64,000 nucleotides of DNA, taken from an uncultured Acetobacteraceae bacterium (lineage in GTDB: Bacteria > Pseudomonadota > Alphaproteobacteria > Acetobacterales > Acetobacteraceae). The notes below the pieces were generated by a model that did no database searches, was not told the origin of the DNA, and saw nothing but the letters and a program-made list of their open reading frames with translations. The DNA is taken from contig CAXTVZ010000001.1 in NCBI GenBank assembly GCA_964247685.1, positions 56,800-120,799 on the forward strand, written 5' to 3'. Position 1 is the first letter of the stretch; each line of letters starts with the position of its first letter. Shown one piece after another: positions 1 through 7,956 of this stretch. Both the position numbers and the translations under genes were made by a program.

Positions 1-272
1 AGGGCATGAACATCCCCATGCCCGCTGGCACCAAGACGCCACCGATGCCCCGGCGCATGGACGCGATGTTTTGGCTCGGCCGAGACGGCGATGGTATTTG
101 CGCGACCGGCACCCGGCCGCTGCCACCAACGCCGGCGACCTTCATCGAGGGTATCCACAAGAAGGGCGGTCAGAACCTTCAGCCGACCGGCAGCCGGCCA
201 CCTCCACCAGCCTCGATGCCGTGCGGTGGCAGCCCGCCTGAGCCCCGCATGTTCACCGGTTTTGTCGGCTAG
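1..272 (+). CDS. hypothetical protein, 3' fragment (ORF open to window edge)
   Basis: Frame-3 ORF without stop from base 3 to TAG 270-272; G/C at most third positions; Pro-rich, no motif recognised. Confidence 0.3.
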   Translation, partial: GMNIPMPAGTKTPPMPRRMDAMFWLGRDGDGICATGTRPLPPTPATFIEGIHKKGGQNLQPTGSRPPPPASMPCGGSPPEPRMFTGFVG

Positions 273-337
273 TGCGCAGGCGCGCGCAGTCCTCGGCGAG
301 TAGAGCGCGCGCCTGGCGCAAGACTAGACGTGTGCCC

Positions 338-362
338 GTGTGGTATAGGTTTTTGACCACAT
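338..362. promoter_or_regulatory. AT-rich imperfect inverted repeat upstream of recombinase (candidate recombination site or promoter)
   Basis: GTGTGGT-ataggtttttg-ACCACAt in a locally AT-rich patch; contains TTGACC. Confidence 0.2.
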
Positions 363-420
363 TTGGTGCAACGGACGTTGAGGTTCGAAAGGGAGGGGAG
401 GGGCGCACCCCCCAAGTAGA

Positions 421-1203
421 GTGGCAAGAAAACGCCCACTAATAGTTGCCGACGCCTCGCCCGGCCTTCAGGGTTTCGTGGCGTACTACCGCGTCAGCAC
501 CGACCAGCAGGGCCGTAGCGGCCTTGGGTTGGAGGCGCAGCACGAAGCAATAAACCGTCGCATTACTATGCTCAACGGTGTAATAGTCGAGCGCTTCGAA
601 GAAATAGAGTCAGGCAGGAAGAGTGATCGGCCGAAACTTGCACAAGCGCTCGCAGTATGTCGAGCACGCCGCGCCGTTCTCATCATCGCGAAACTTGATC
701 GGCTCGCGCGCGACACCCGCTTTCTGCTCAACGTCGTGCACGGAACCGGCGAGGGCGGCGTTGTATTCTGCGATCTGCCCGACGTGCCGCCCGGCCCGGT
801 TGGCAAGTTCTTGCTGACTCAGATGGCGGCGGTGGCCGAGCTCGAGGCCGGGCTCATCTCCCAGCGCACCAAGGACGCGCTCGCGGCCGCCAAGGCGCGC
901 GGGGTCAAGCTGGGCGGTCCCCGCCGGCGCCGGTCCGACCTGGCACCCGCGCTGGCGACGGCCACCGCCGAGTGGACACGCCAGGCGGACCTCTACGCGC
1001 TGGACGTCATGCCCTTCATCGACGCCGCCCGCGGTGCCGGCGCCAGCTCGCTCGAAAAGCTGGCCGAGGCGCTGATGGCGCGCGGCGTGCGCGCGCCGCG
1101 CGGTGGCGAGCGCTGGTCCGCCGTGCAGGTCGGCCGCATCATTACCCGCGCGGCGGCCGTGCCGGCGGACCTGCGACGCGACCACGAGCGCGGCCGCGCC
1201 TGA
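421..1203 (+). CDS. small serine recombinase (resolvase/invertase family)
   Basis: FVAYYRVSTDQQ (catalytic Ser), IAKLDRLARD, GLISQRTKDALAAAKARGVKLGG, C-terminal HTH-like tail; GTG start from ORF track, alternative GTG 478. Confidence 0.85.
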   Translation: MARKRPLIVADASPGLQGFVAYYRVSTDQQGRSGLGLEAQHEAINRRITMLNGVIVERFEEIESGRKSDRPKLAQALAVCRARRAVLIIAKLDRLARDTRFLLNVVHGTGEGGVVFCDLPDVPPGPVGKFLLTQMAAVAELEAGLISQRTKDALAAAKARGVKLGGPRRRRSDLAPALATATAEWTRQADLYALDVMPFIDAARGAGASSLEKLAEALMARGVRAPRGGERWSAVQVGRIITRAAAVPADLRRDHERGRA

Positions 1204-1460
1204 TGGCCGAGCCGGAAACCCCACCGGCCGAAACGCTGGTGCGCATTCCGCTGACGCGTTTTGAGATCCGCGAGCTGTTGAAGGCACCGCCGCGGGCGGA
1301 GGACTACGTGCGCATGACCAAGGCCGACGCCGAGGCTCTGGTGTGCAAGTACTGCATCGAGGCCGGCCAGTCCGGCCGATGGCAGCATCTCTCGCGTCAC
1401 TTGATCTACCTCGGCGCGATCATCCGCGGCGTGCGCCGCACCGACAGAGGACGGGTATGA
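1203..1460 (+). CDS. hypothetical protein
   Basis: ATG shares a base with recombinase stop (TGATG); internal start of ORF 972..1460; high GC3. Confidence 0.5.
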   Translation: MAEPETPPAETLVRIPLTRFEIRELLKAPPRAEDYVRMTKADAEALVCKYCIEAGQSGRWQHLSRHLIYLGAIIRGVRRTDRGRV

Positions 1461-1828
1461 GCAGGATGGTCCGCCGCCGTCGGCGTGCCGGTGCAGCTGC
1501 GCCGGCGGAGAGCCCGGTAGCGACGCCGCTGCCAGGCCGGGTCGAGAGCGACGCCGGGTGGGAGGCTCTTGACCTGCTGCCGGAGCCGCTGCGCCGCGCG
1601 CTAAAGGAGACCGCTCGCCCGGTAAGCCCAGCGGCGGTGGCAAAGGGCCTGCAGGAGATGCGCGACGCCGGCCTGACCGACGCGGCCGCCTGCGCCCACC
1701 TGCTGCGCAGGTTGCAGATGCTCGAGCGCGGCGAGATTTCGGCATTCGCCGCGCATTACCGCGCCAGGCACGGCCACACCTACCCGCACGTCGAGGCCGG
1801 GGTGAGCGTCCTGCGCTACGACGACTAG
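1457..1828 (+). CDS. hypothetical protein
   Basis: ATGA overlap with previous CDS; internal start of ORF 1343..1828. Confidence 0.5.
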   Translation: MSRMVRRRRRAGAAAPAESPVATPLPGRVESDAGWEALDLLPEPLRRALKETARPVSPAAVAKGLQEMRDAGLTDAAACAHLLRRLQMLERGEISAFAAHYRARHGHTYPHVEAGVSVLRYDD

Positions 1829-2073
1829 CCCGGTCGGGCGCGATCTGCTCGGACGAACGTCACGAGTTGAACGTCGACCGCCTTGGCGCCGGCATCTGGC
1901 ATCCCGGTCCTAGCGGCCTCGCGAGCGAGACCCTCCATGCGCTCCGCCACTTGCCGCTTGCTTGTGACGAGCGGCGTTGATCCTAAGCCTGGTAGGATCG
2001 ACGCAATGATCCCCTCCGTTCCGTCCTCATGCGTTGCGAGCCACGCGTGCAGCTCGGAGATCTGCCCTGTCAT
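1825..2073 (-). CDS. hypothetical protein
   Basis: 82 aa ORF, AAGG upstream of ATG 2073; last gene of minus block 5241 to 1825. Confidence 0.5.
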   Translation of the reverse strand: MTGQISELHAWLATHEDGTEGIIASILPGLGSTPLVTSKRQVAERMEGLAREAARTGMPDAGAKAVDVQLVTFVRADRARPG

Positions 2074-2107
2074 TTCGACGCCTTGCTGTTTTGGCTGACT
2101 GCCGCCG

Positions 2108-2233
2108 TCATCGGCCCGGACTGTTGTTCGGCACCTGGTTGAGGCCGCGCCCCCAATCGTAAAGGTCGCGCACCTGCCACACCGCTACACCGGCAACGAC
2201 AAGAGCAAAGCCAACGATCAGCGCGCGCGTCAT
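2108..2233 (-). CDS. small single-pass membrane peptide
   Basis: 41 aa, LIVGFALVVAGVAVW hydrophobic helix; ATGA overlap with upstream CDS. Confidence 0.4.
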   Translation of the reverse strand: MTRALIVGFALVVAGVAVWQVRDLYDWGRGLNQVPNNSPGR

Positions 2234-2484
2234 CCCGCCGTCTCGGGCTGCGGGTGGCCAAGCTGCGCGTCGACAAAGGCGTCCAGCTCGGCCGGCGTTT
2301 CGGGCATGACCACGCTGCGGTGGTTGCGCAGCCATCGGTAGCGTTGCGCGTCGACCGTGTCGGCGGAGGCTTTCTCCCGCGCGGCCGCCTCCTCCTTTGC
2401 CGCCATGCCGACTAGGCTGCGCGCGAGGTAGTCGTTGAACTCCGCCTCGCTCAGCGGTCCGCCTGGCGCGTCACTGGGCGTCAC
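2230..2484 (-). CDS. hypothetical protein
   Basis: GTG 2484 overlaps upstream stop (GTGA); 84 aa. Confidence 0.5.
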   Translation of the reverse strand: MTPSDAPGGPLSEAEFNDYLARSLVGMAAKEEAAAREKASADTVDAQRYRWLRNHRSVVMPETPAELDAFVDAQLGHPQPETAG

Positions 2485-2912
2485 TTGATGAAGTCTTTTG
2501 CGACGAGAGCAATCACCAGTGTCGTCAGCAGCGCCATACCCCACTTCAAGACAGCAACGTCGACTTGGATGGTGTGCTGGATATCTTTGAGGTCGAGTAA
2601 AAACTTTCGCACCTCCTCCCGATGCTTGAGCATGCTACTGTCAAAGGAGACTAGCACCCGCTCAAATCCATCTTGCAGGTCGTTTTTGACTTCTTTCGGA
2701 AGCTTTTTTTCGAGGTAAAGCTGCGACACCTTCACTTCGTGAAGGCCTCGACTGAGGGAGTCGAACTGAAGCTTCAGGTTCCGAAGCTCGATCTGCAGCG
2801 CCGACGCGTCAACCTTCTGCTTGTTCAACGCTTCGGCTGCGGCAAGGGCTTCTGTCTCAGGCACCCCCGCCGCCTTGAAAGCTTTGTAGGTGGCCGTCTC
2901 CAATGTGCTCAC
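2481..2912 (-). CDS. DUF1640-like coiled-coil protein with C-terminal membrane anchor
   Basis: N-term FKAAGVPETEALAAAEAL, long heptad region, C-term LKWGMALLTTLVIALV; GC visibly lower than flanks. Confidence 0.6.
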   Translation of the reverse strand: MSTLETATYKAFKAAGVPETEALAAAEALNKQKVDASALQIELRNLKLQFDSLSRGLHEVKVSQLYLEKKLPKEVKNDLQDGFERVLVSFDSSMLKHREEVRKFLLDLKDIQHTIQVDVAVLKWGMALLTTLVIALVAKDFIK

Positions 2913-3163
2913 GCGGCCTGCCTCAGCGACCGCATCGCCTCCTGTTGCTTTTCGAGGAGGGTCAGAACCACCCCGAGCATTGCCGGCGCGCCCTTTTCGC
3001 CCTGCAGCCAGGACTGCGCCTTGCGCACCAGCGTCACTCGGTTGGTCTCGTCGCCGAGTTCGACCAGCTTGTCGGCCAACGCGATGGCGTGCTGCCGGTC
3101 GCTTGCGTCCGGCTTGGTGATCCCCAGCGCGGCGAGGCGCGCGAGCAGCTTATCCTTGTCCAC
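2909..3163 (-). CDS. hypothetical protein
   Basis: GTG 3163 preceded by GGAGG; sits behind promoter-like repeat and leader box. Confidence 0.5.
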   Translation of the reverse strand: MDKDKLLARLAALGITKPDASDRQHAIALADKLVELGDETNRVTLVRKAQSWLQGEKGAPAMLGVVLTLLEKQQEAMRSLRQAA

Positions 3164-3180
3164 CTGTGTGCCTCCGATGC

Positions 3181-3204
3181 GCCTGGGGACCAGCCCCCCT
3201 TGGC
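3181..3204 (-). promoter_or_regulatory. leader stem-loop box
   Basis: GCCAAGGGGGGCTGGTCCCCAGGC on coding strand, ends 17 nt before GTG 3163. Confidence 0.6.
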
Positions 3205-3212
3205 GAGTGTTG

Positions 3213-3241
3213 GTGCTACGCGCTTTCCGCGCGCATGGCAA
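3213..3241 (-). promoter_or_regulatory. promoter-like repeat with conserved spacer
   Basis: TTGCCA-tgcgcgcggaaagcgcg-TAGCAC (6+17+6), 8 nt upstream of leader box. Confidence 0.5.
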
Positions 3242-3416
3242 TCAAAGCCTCAGTGCGCGCCGCCCGGTCGATCGCCGCGGCGAGGTCATCCGGCGTGCTG
3301 AGCGTGCCGCTCTGCCACGCGGTCGCAATGCGTCGGCCTGGGCTCACCGGTGGGCTCGGCGCGTCAACGCTGGCGGGTACAAGCTGGGCGGTCTCGGGTG
3401 AAGCCAGGTCGAACAT
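3216..3416 (-). CDS. hypothetical protein
   Basis: 66 aa ORF; leader box 17 nt upstream. Confidence 0.5.
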   Translation of the reverse strand: MFDLASPETAQLVPASVDAPSPPVSPGRRIATAWQSGTLSTPDDLAAAIDRAARTEALIAMRAESA

Positions 3417-3433
3417 GGAAGCCTCGTCGTTGC

Positions 3434-3454
3434 GCCCGGGCTGATCCCCTCGGC
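3434..3454 (-). promoter_or_regulatory. leader stem-loop box
   Basis: GCCGAGGGGATCAGCCCGGGC, ends 17 nt before ATG 3416. Confidence 0.6.
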
Positions 3455-3502
3455 GTTTGCCAGTCGGACGCGCGGGCGAGCCCGCCCGCGCGTAAAGGAA
3501 GC

Positions 3503-3530
3503 GGCAGCCTGCCGGCCGCCGCAGGCCGCC
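3503..3530 (-). terminator. GC hairpin directly after CDS 3531..4277
   Basis: GGCGGCCTGC-N8-GCAGGCTGCC (one mismatch) followed by GCTTCCTTTA on minus strand. Confidence 0.4.
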
Positions 3531-4277
3531 TCACCCATGCGCAAGTCCGTATTTCTCGGCGCAGATCGGGCCGTAGCCCGCTTCGATGGAAGCCTTGTCG
3601 GTCAGCTCGCGCGCGCAAAAGCAGCAGGCCCCGAAGCGCTGGCCGTACGCCTTGGCCGCCGCCTCGGGGTCGGCCGCCAGGCAGGTGAGCGCCCGGCCGA
3701 CGCGCGCGGTAGTCGCCGGGTCGGCGTTGCGCGCCGGCTCGAACCGGCCGTCTGCCAGGATGCGGCCGAACCAGCTGCGATCCTCGAAAGCACGGTCGGC
3801 GCTGCAGACGTTGACGGTGCCTGGCGCGCGGGCGCCCTCGCCGGCGACGGTCAGGCGGAACTGCTGCTCGTCGGCTGCGCACAGCACCTTCGGGTTCTTC
3901 AACGTAGTGCTGGCGCGGCGCATCATGTCGACGATGCTGCCCAGGTTGGCGGTGGTGGTGGGCGCGGGCGTCGCCGGCCCGGCTGACGCGGTGGAAGCCA
4001 TCGCGCGCCGCACGGCGGCCTCCTGGTTGGGCGACAGCGTGCCGTAGCTGTCGAAGCCGACGCACACGTCGCGCAGGAAGTTGCTGCGGCCGGTGTTGGC
4101 GCGCAGCCAGTCGATCAGCGCGCCGCGGGTCTCGTCCTGCGCAAACCATATCGTCGACCGCGCGCTGCCGCCGGTCCGCGCCACTGGCCGAGGCGCCGGC
4201 GCGGGCTGGCCCGCCGGCTGCTGGCGAAACGCCGCAAAGTCGGAGGAGGAGAGGGCCATGTAGCGACCTTTTGCCAT
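3531..4277 (-). CDS. protein with DUF6011-like C-terminal zinc ribbon
   Basis: C-terminal CCFCARELTDKASIEAGYGPICAEKYG; ATG 4277 with AAGGAA upstream; internal start of ORF 3531..4544. Confidence 0.6.
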   Translation of the reverse strand: MAKGRYMALSSSDFAAFRQQPAGQPAPAPRPVARTGGSARSTIWFAQDETRGALIDWLRANTGRSNFLRDVCVGFDSYGTLSPNQEAAVRRAMASTASAGPATPAPTTTANLGSIVDMMRRASTTLKNPKVLCAADEQQFRLTVAGEGARAPGTVNVCSADRAFEDRSWFGRILADGRFEPARNADPATTARVGRALTCLAADPEAAAKAYGQRFGACCFCARELTDKASIEAGYGPICAEKYGLAHG

Positions 4278-4296
4278 GATGCTGTTCCTTCGCAGC

Positions 4297-4318
4297 GCCC
4301 CGGGACGACCCCTTGGGC
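4297..4318 (-). promoter_or_regulatory. leader stem-loop box
   Basis: GCCCAAGGGGTCGTCCCGGGGC, ends 19 nt before ATG 4277. Confidence 0.6.
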
Positions 4319-4327
4319 GTAACAGAA

Positions 4328-4356
4328 TGTTTGCGCGCTTTCCGCGCACAGAGCAA
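4328..4356 (-). promoter_or_regulatory. promoter-like repeat with conserved spacer
   Basis: TTGCTC-tgtgcgcggaaagcgcg-CAAACA, 9 nt upstream of leader box. Confidence 0.5.
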
Positions 4357-4378
4357 GCAGTATCTATGCGCCGAGCAG

Positions 4379-4576
4379 TCAGGCGTCGTCGTCTTTGGCG
4401 GCGAACTCGCCACACCAGTCCGACGCGCTGACGCGCGGCCAGCCGCGCTTGCTCTCGTTCTCCATCTGCACCGGCGGAAAGCGCCGGCAAATGAAGTCGA
4501 GGCTGCCCTTGGCGCCCGGCGTGCGATACTTGCAGTCCAGGCACGCGGGCTCGGCGTCGGCAAACCTCTTGCCCAC
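4379..4576 (-). CDS. small Cys-rich protein
   Basis: 65 aa, CLDC...C...WCGEF; GTG 4576 two nt after upstream stop. Confidence 0.5.
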   Translation of the reverse strand: MGKRFADAEPACLDCKYRTPGAKGSLDFICRRFPPVQMENESKRGWPRVSASDWCGEFAAKDDDA

Positions 4577-4578
4577 GA

Positions 4579-5241
4579 TCAGCCAGCTACGGCTTCCTCG
4601 GTCTCGAAGACCGCAAGCCCGGCAATCACGTCGGCCGCGGCGTCCGCGTCGAACAGCACGAACTCGCAGCCCCTCGTGCGCGCGACCGCAAACACGCCCG
4701 CCAGGTCCGCCGGCACGTCGCCGTAGAAGGACGGCCCGCTGTGCGTCGGCACGGACACGAACCAGCCGCGCGGCATGCCGCCGATGTTGACCACCCGATA
4801 GTCGGGTTCGAGCTCCAGTTGGTTGGCGAGCCAGGCTTGGGTTGCCAGCGACAGGTGATCGGTGGCGACGTCGAGCAGGGTGCGCACGGGGTAGGGCGCG
4901 GCCGCTTCGTCGCGCGTGTCCTGCGCTTGGACACAGATCTCGCCCATGTCGCGCGTGCCGGTGGCGACCTCCGGGTGCTTGGTCAGGATGCAGGCGTAGG
5001 CGCGCTGCTCTTCGGTGCGCTGCCACTCCCGCACGGCTTGCAGCCGCTCGTCTGACCCGGCCGGCAAATCGTCCAGATGCGCCGGGAGACGCCGCGTGCC
5101 GATGCGCCCCATGCGCACGCCGTCGATTGTCTGCTGCGTGCTGTGGTTGCCGCCGAGCATGTCGCCGGTGTGCGGCTCCCACGCCGTGTAGACGACGCAG
5201 CTGGTGCCGATGATCCTGGTGGCGGTGACGATGTTCCACAT
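4579..5241 (-). CDS. hypothetical protein
   Basis: 220 aa ORF, first gene of minus block; promoter-like repeat and leader box upstream. Confidence 0.6.
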   Translation of the reverse strand: MWNIVTATRIIGTSCVVYTAWEPHTGDMLGGNHSTQQTIDGVRMGRIGTRRLPAHLDDLPAGSDERLQAVREWQRTEEQRAYACILTKHPEVATGTRDMGEICVQAQDTRDEAAAPYPVRTLLDVATDHLSLATQAWLANQLELEPDYRVVNIGGMPRGWFVSVPTHSGPSFYGDVPADLAGVFAVARTRGCEFVLFDADAAADVIAGLAVFETEEAVAG

Positions 5242-5260
5242 GGGCGCGGGGCTCCGTTGC

Positions 5261-5281
5261 GCCCGGCATAATCGCCTCGGC
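5261..5281 (-). promoter_or_regulatory. leader stem-loop box (degenerate)
   Basis: GCCGAGGCGATTATGCCGGGC, ends 19 nt before ATG 5241. Confidence 0.45.
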
Positions 5282-5289
5282 GTCTCATT

Positions 5290-5318
5290 CGCTTACGCGC
5301 TTCCCGCGTAGAGAGCAA
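5290..5318 (-). promoter_or_regulatory. promoter-like repeat, fused to palindrome site
   Basis: TTGCTC-tctacgcgggaagcgcg-TAAGCG; -35 is the right arm of CAACAtaaTGTTG. Confidence 0.5.
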
Positions 5319-5328
5319 CATAATGTTG
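5316..5328. promoter_or_regulatory. CAACA-N3-TGTTG palindrome (operator-like)
   Basis: CAACAtaaTGTTG between divergent starts 5241(-) and 5472(+). Confidence 0.55.
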
Positions 5329-5471
5329 CGCCTCTCCCAACCGCTGGCGCAAAAAACGAACGCAGCTCGTTACTTGGTCCGAGCAATCTTGCAATTTCCG
5401 CCCAGTGTTCCACAAGGCAATAGCGCAGCACTTTCAGCACTGAGGCGTCGGCGCGCCGCCTGGAGCACCGT

Positions 5472-6383
5472 ATGTATGCGGCAAGAAGCCCCGTCACCAA
5501 GAGGTCGGGCGTGACGACTGACGCGCCCAAAGACAACAAAAAGTTGGGCCAGTCGCGCCCCGCAAAGCACGGCCTGCGCGCCGATGGTAGGCCGCGCAAG
5601 CGGCCGCGGCCTTACGCTGGCGAGAGCACGCTACCGCCCGATCCGTCCGCTGCGGATGAAGTGCAAGCCGCGTCGCGCGCCCGCTCGTCCGCCGGCGTGT
5701 TCATGGAGACCGAGGTCCGGGCGAGCAGGGTGGTCAAGGCGGAGACGGAGCACGGCCGCTCGGTTCGTCTGCTGGCGGACGACCGCGCCGACCACCGCGT
5801 GCCGTCGATCCGTCGCGAGGTCATCACCGGTGGGCTCGACGCCGACGGAGAGGCAATCACCCTGCGCGCGCCCAGCGTCGAGGACGGAAGCTGGCGAGAC
5901 CCTGACGACACTGTGCCGAACGCCAGCCGCGTGCCGCGCCGGGTGCGCGCCAACCGGCGCGCCAACAACCTGCGCTGGATGCAGAAGCGCGGAGTTGCCC
6001 TGAGCGACGACCACGTGACCGCCGGTGAGCTCTACGAGCAGGACTACGAGACGGCGCACATCGGCAGGTTTCCCGGCGCACCACCGCCGGAAATCCGGGG
6101 CACGCCGGGGCCTGGCGACTATTCGCGGTGCATCGACAAAAGCCGGATGTTCAACGAGGCGGAGGCTGCCGTTGGCCACTTCGGCGCCGACCTGCTGCGC
6201 CACGTCGTGCTCGGCCGCGAGGGATCCGCGCCAGGCGACATCAGCTCGTGGGCGGCCACCAAGCAGGTTGGCGGCAGACAGCTCGACCGCAAGGCGGCCG
6301 TCGGCGTGCTCATCGCCACGCTGGAAATCCTGGTTGGGCACTACGGACGCCGCATCCGCGACAAGCAGAAATCCGAGGCGTAG
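5472..6383 (+). CDS. hypothetical protein, possibly DNA-binding (DUF6456-like, unverified)
   Basis: 303 aa, GGAG 6 nt upstream of ATG, basic N-terminus; RWMQKRGVALSDDHVTAGELYEQDYE and C-terminal LIATLEILVGHYG recall DUF6456-type proteins. Confidence 0.5.
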   Translation: MYAARSPVTKRSGVTTDAPKDNKKLGQSRPAKHGLRADGRPRKRPRPYAGESTLPPDPSAADEVQAASRARSSAGVFMETEVRASRVVKAETEHGRSVRLLADDRADHRVPSIRREVITGGLDADGEAITLRAPSVEDGSWRDPDDTVPNASRVPRRVRANRRANNLRWMQKRGVALSDDHVTAGELYEQDYETAHIGRFPGAPPPEIRGTPGPGDYSRCIDKSRMFNEAEAAVGHFGADLLRHVVLGREGSAPGDISSWAATKQVGGRQLDRKAAVGVLIATLEILVGHYGRRIRDKQKSEA

Positions 6384-6499
6384 CCGGTCTCGCTAAGCGG
6401 CTTCGGTCGTTGCGTGAACTGATTTCTGGCAGGCAGCAACGCGCGCGCTCGCGTATACGCGCGCGAGAGGGGTGCGACTTGACCCGGCTCGCCGTCCAA

Positions 6500-6597
6500 C
6501 GCTTTGTTACGCTGTCGCCCGGCCCGGTGTGCCGGCGGCATGGTCGACGTTTCCTCCCTAAACTTGGCGCGGACCGGATCGGCCCGCGCTTTTTTTT
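6500..6597 (+). ncRNA. candidate sRNA or 3'UTR-derived RNA with anti-SD motif
   Basis: GC hairpin region, single-stranded UUUCCUCCCUAAA (6550-6562), then intrinsic terminator; no convincing ORF. Confidence 0.2.
6567..6597 (+). terminator. rho-independent terminator
   Basis: GCGCGG-accggatcggc-CCGCGC followed by T8 (6590-6597). Confidence 0.7.
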
Positions 6598-6850
6598 GCT
6601 CAGTGCATGCCGCCGCCAGACACGGGCGCGCCCACCGGCACGCCAGCGACACGCGCGGTGTTCCACTTGTGGGCGTAGTGGCCGTCGACCTTGATCGCGC
6701 CGTCCTGAACGCTCGGTCGACCGCCGCGACAACGCCTACGGATCGTATCGCTTCTTTCACCGCCCGGTGGCCGCCCAGCAGGCGTAGGTGCGCCTGACCG
6801 GCAGGCGGCGAGAGACAGCGAGGTATTTTGCGGTTTTCGCAAAGAACTGC

Positions 6851-6879
6851 TTGCAACGTGCGCGGAAAGCGCGTAAATC
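6851..6879 (+). promoter_or_regulatory. promoter-like repeat with conserved spacer
   Basis: TTGCAA-cgtgcgcggaaagcgcg-TAAATC, 8 nt upstream of leader box. Confidence 0.5.
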
Positions 6880-6887
6880 AATCTTAC

Positions 6888-6907
6888 GCCAGGGCGACGT
6901 GCCCGGC
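6888..6907 (+). promoter_or_regulatory. leader stem-loop box
   Basis: GCCAGGGCGACGTGCCCGGC, ends 21 nt before ATG 6929. Confidence 0.55.
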
Positions 6908-6928
6908 GGCAGCGCGGAGGCTCCGGCC

Positions 6929-7156
6929 ATGCAGATCACCTACGGCGACCGCTTCGTAGACGAGTGCAGCCCCGCTGCGGTGCGCGGCCGGTTCTGCTTC
7001 ACGGCGGACGGCACCAAGGCCGCCGGCGGCTTCGACGTCAACATGAAACTCAGCGCCGACCGCGCGGCTGACGCAACCAAAGCCGCAAAGATCGTCGCCA
7101 AGCGCGCCGGCACCGACCAAGTCGTGCTGCACCGCCTGACATCCCCCACCCGCTGA
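6929..7156 (+). CDS. hypothetical protein
   Basis: 75 aa, GGAGG upstream; internal start of ORF 6788..7156. Confidence 0.55.
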   Translation: MQITYGDRFVDECSPAAVRGRFCFTADGTKAAGGFDVNMKLSADRAADATKAAKIVAKRAGTDQVVLHRLTSPTR

Positions 7157-7163
7157 TCAACCC

Positions 7164-7183
7164 GGCAAGGGCACAGCCCGGCC
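7164..7183 (+). promoter_or_regulatory. leader stem-loop box (intercistronic)
   Basis: GGCAAGGGCACAGCCCGGCC, ends 18 nt before ATG 7202; no promoter motif upstream. Confidence 0.55.
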
Positions 7184-7201
7184 GCACCACTGGAGTCGTC
7201 G

Positions 7202-7546
7202 ATGACCTACCAAAGCCCAGTCCAGCTCACGCACGTGATCGCCGCGTTCCAGATGCACCCGACCTTGCACCGGATGGTTGACGCGACCTGCTACTGTTTC
7301 GACAGCGGCCAGCGCTTGTCGGTCTACCTGGCGGACGATGCGGTGTTCGCGGAAGCGGGAACCGGCCTGCTTCCAACCGATGCGGAGGCTGCGTTCATGC
7401 GCGAGGTCGCGGGGCGCACGACATTTCAGCAGCTGCCCGCTCAGCTGCGGCGAGGTAAGCCTGTCGGCCCGCGCGGCCTGGGGGCAATGACGTTTTCTGT
7501 TGCCGCCTCGCCGAAACTGCTTGCTCTGTGCGCGGAAAGCGCGTAG
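7202..7546 (+). CDS. hypothetical protein
   Basis: 114 aa ORF; 3' end reads through the next promoter-like repeat. Confidence 0.55.
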   Translation: MTYQSPVQLTHVIAAFQMHPTLHRMVDATCYCFDSGQRLSVYLADDAVFAEAGTGLLPTDAEAAFMREVAGRTTFQQLPAQLRRGKPVGPRGLGAMTFSVAASPKLLALCAESA

Positions 7547-7549
7547 AAC
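7521..7549 (+). promoter_or_regulatory. promoter-like repeat with conserved spacer
   Basis: TTGCTC-tgtgcgcggaaagcgcg-TAGAAC. Confidence 0.5.
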
Positions 7550-7557
7550 TGAATCAC

Positions 7558-7577
7558 GCCAAGGGAACCGCCCGGGC
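7558..7577 (+). promoter_or_regulatory. leader stem-loop box
   Basis: GCCAAGGGAACCGCCCGGGC, ends 18 nt before ATG 7596. Confidence 0.6.
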
Positions 7578-7595
7578 GTGCCGACGGAGAGACCC

Positions 7596-7937
7596 ATGAT
7601 CGTTCACACCGCCACTCTGACTGCCGAGCAGACCGCCAAGCTGACCCGCCTGGCCAACTACGGCACCCGCTACGAGGCAGCGATCGTGCGCGCCGACGGC
7701 ACCAAGGTGCTGCTCGGCTATCTTCGTCGTCACAGCTTTCTCGGCTTGGCCGCAGGAGTTGACGGCCGCGCCCTTCGTGTAGTCGACGCCCTCGGTGACG
7801 CCGGCGTTCTTGTCCGCCACCTTCGCAAAACCATGCGTGTGGCTTTCGTCACCGAGGCCGGGGCAGTGCTGGGCCACGCGGAATTCACCGGCCGCACCGA
7901 GCGCGACGCGATCCGCGAGGGCGAGTTGGTCAACTGA
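7596..7937 (+). CDS. hypothetical protein
   Basis: 113 aa; GGAGAG upstream; internal start of ORF 7500..7937. Confidence 0.6.
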   Translation: MIVHTATLTAEQTAKLTRLANYGTRYEAAIVRADGTKVLLGYLRRHSFLGLAAGVDGRALRVVDALGDAGVLVRHLRKTMRVAFVTEAGAVLGHAEFTGRTERDAIREGELVN

Positions 7938-7956
7938 TCAAAACCAGGAGGAAGAT

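Noticed and set aside
385-410. GGTTCGAAA, a tRNA T-loop-like string
   Set aside because: The flanks cannot form a T-stem, and no acceptor or anticodon arms can be drawn. I found no tRNA-like cloverleaf anywhere in the intergenic regions.
6600-6881. 93-aa minus-strand ORF whose last 38 codons (RPSVQDGAIKVDGHYAHKWNTARVAGVPVGAPVSGGGMH) show strong GC3 bias
   Set aside because: There is no start codon near the good-looking part. The N-terminal half is low-complexity and overlaps a promoter-like repeat. It is possibly a decayed gene remnant and was not called as a CDS.
7517-7527. CTGCTTGCTC resembles the T4 MotA box (TGCTT) at about -30
   Set aside because: The hexamer also fits a plain -35 (TTGCTC) at canonical 17-bp spacing, and no MotA/AsiA-like genes were recognised. 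I treat it as coincidence and mention it only as an analogy.
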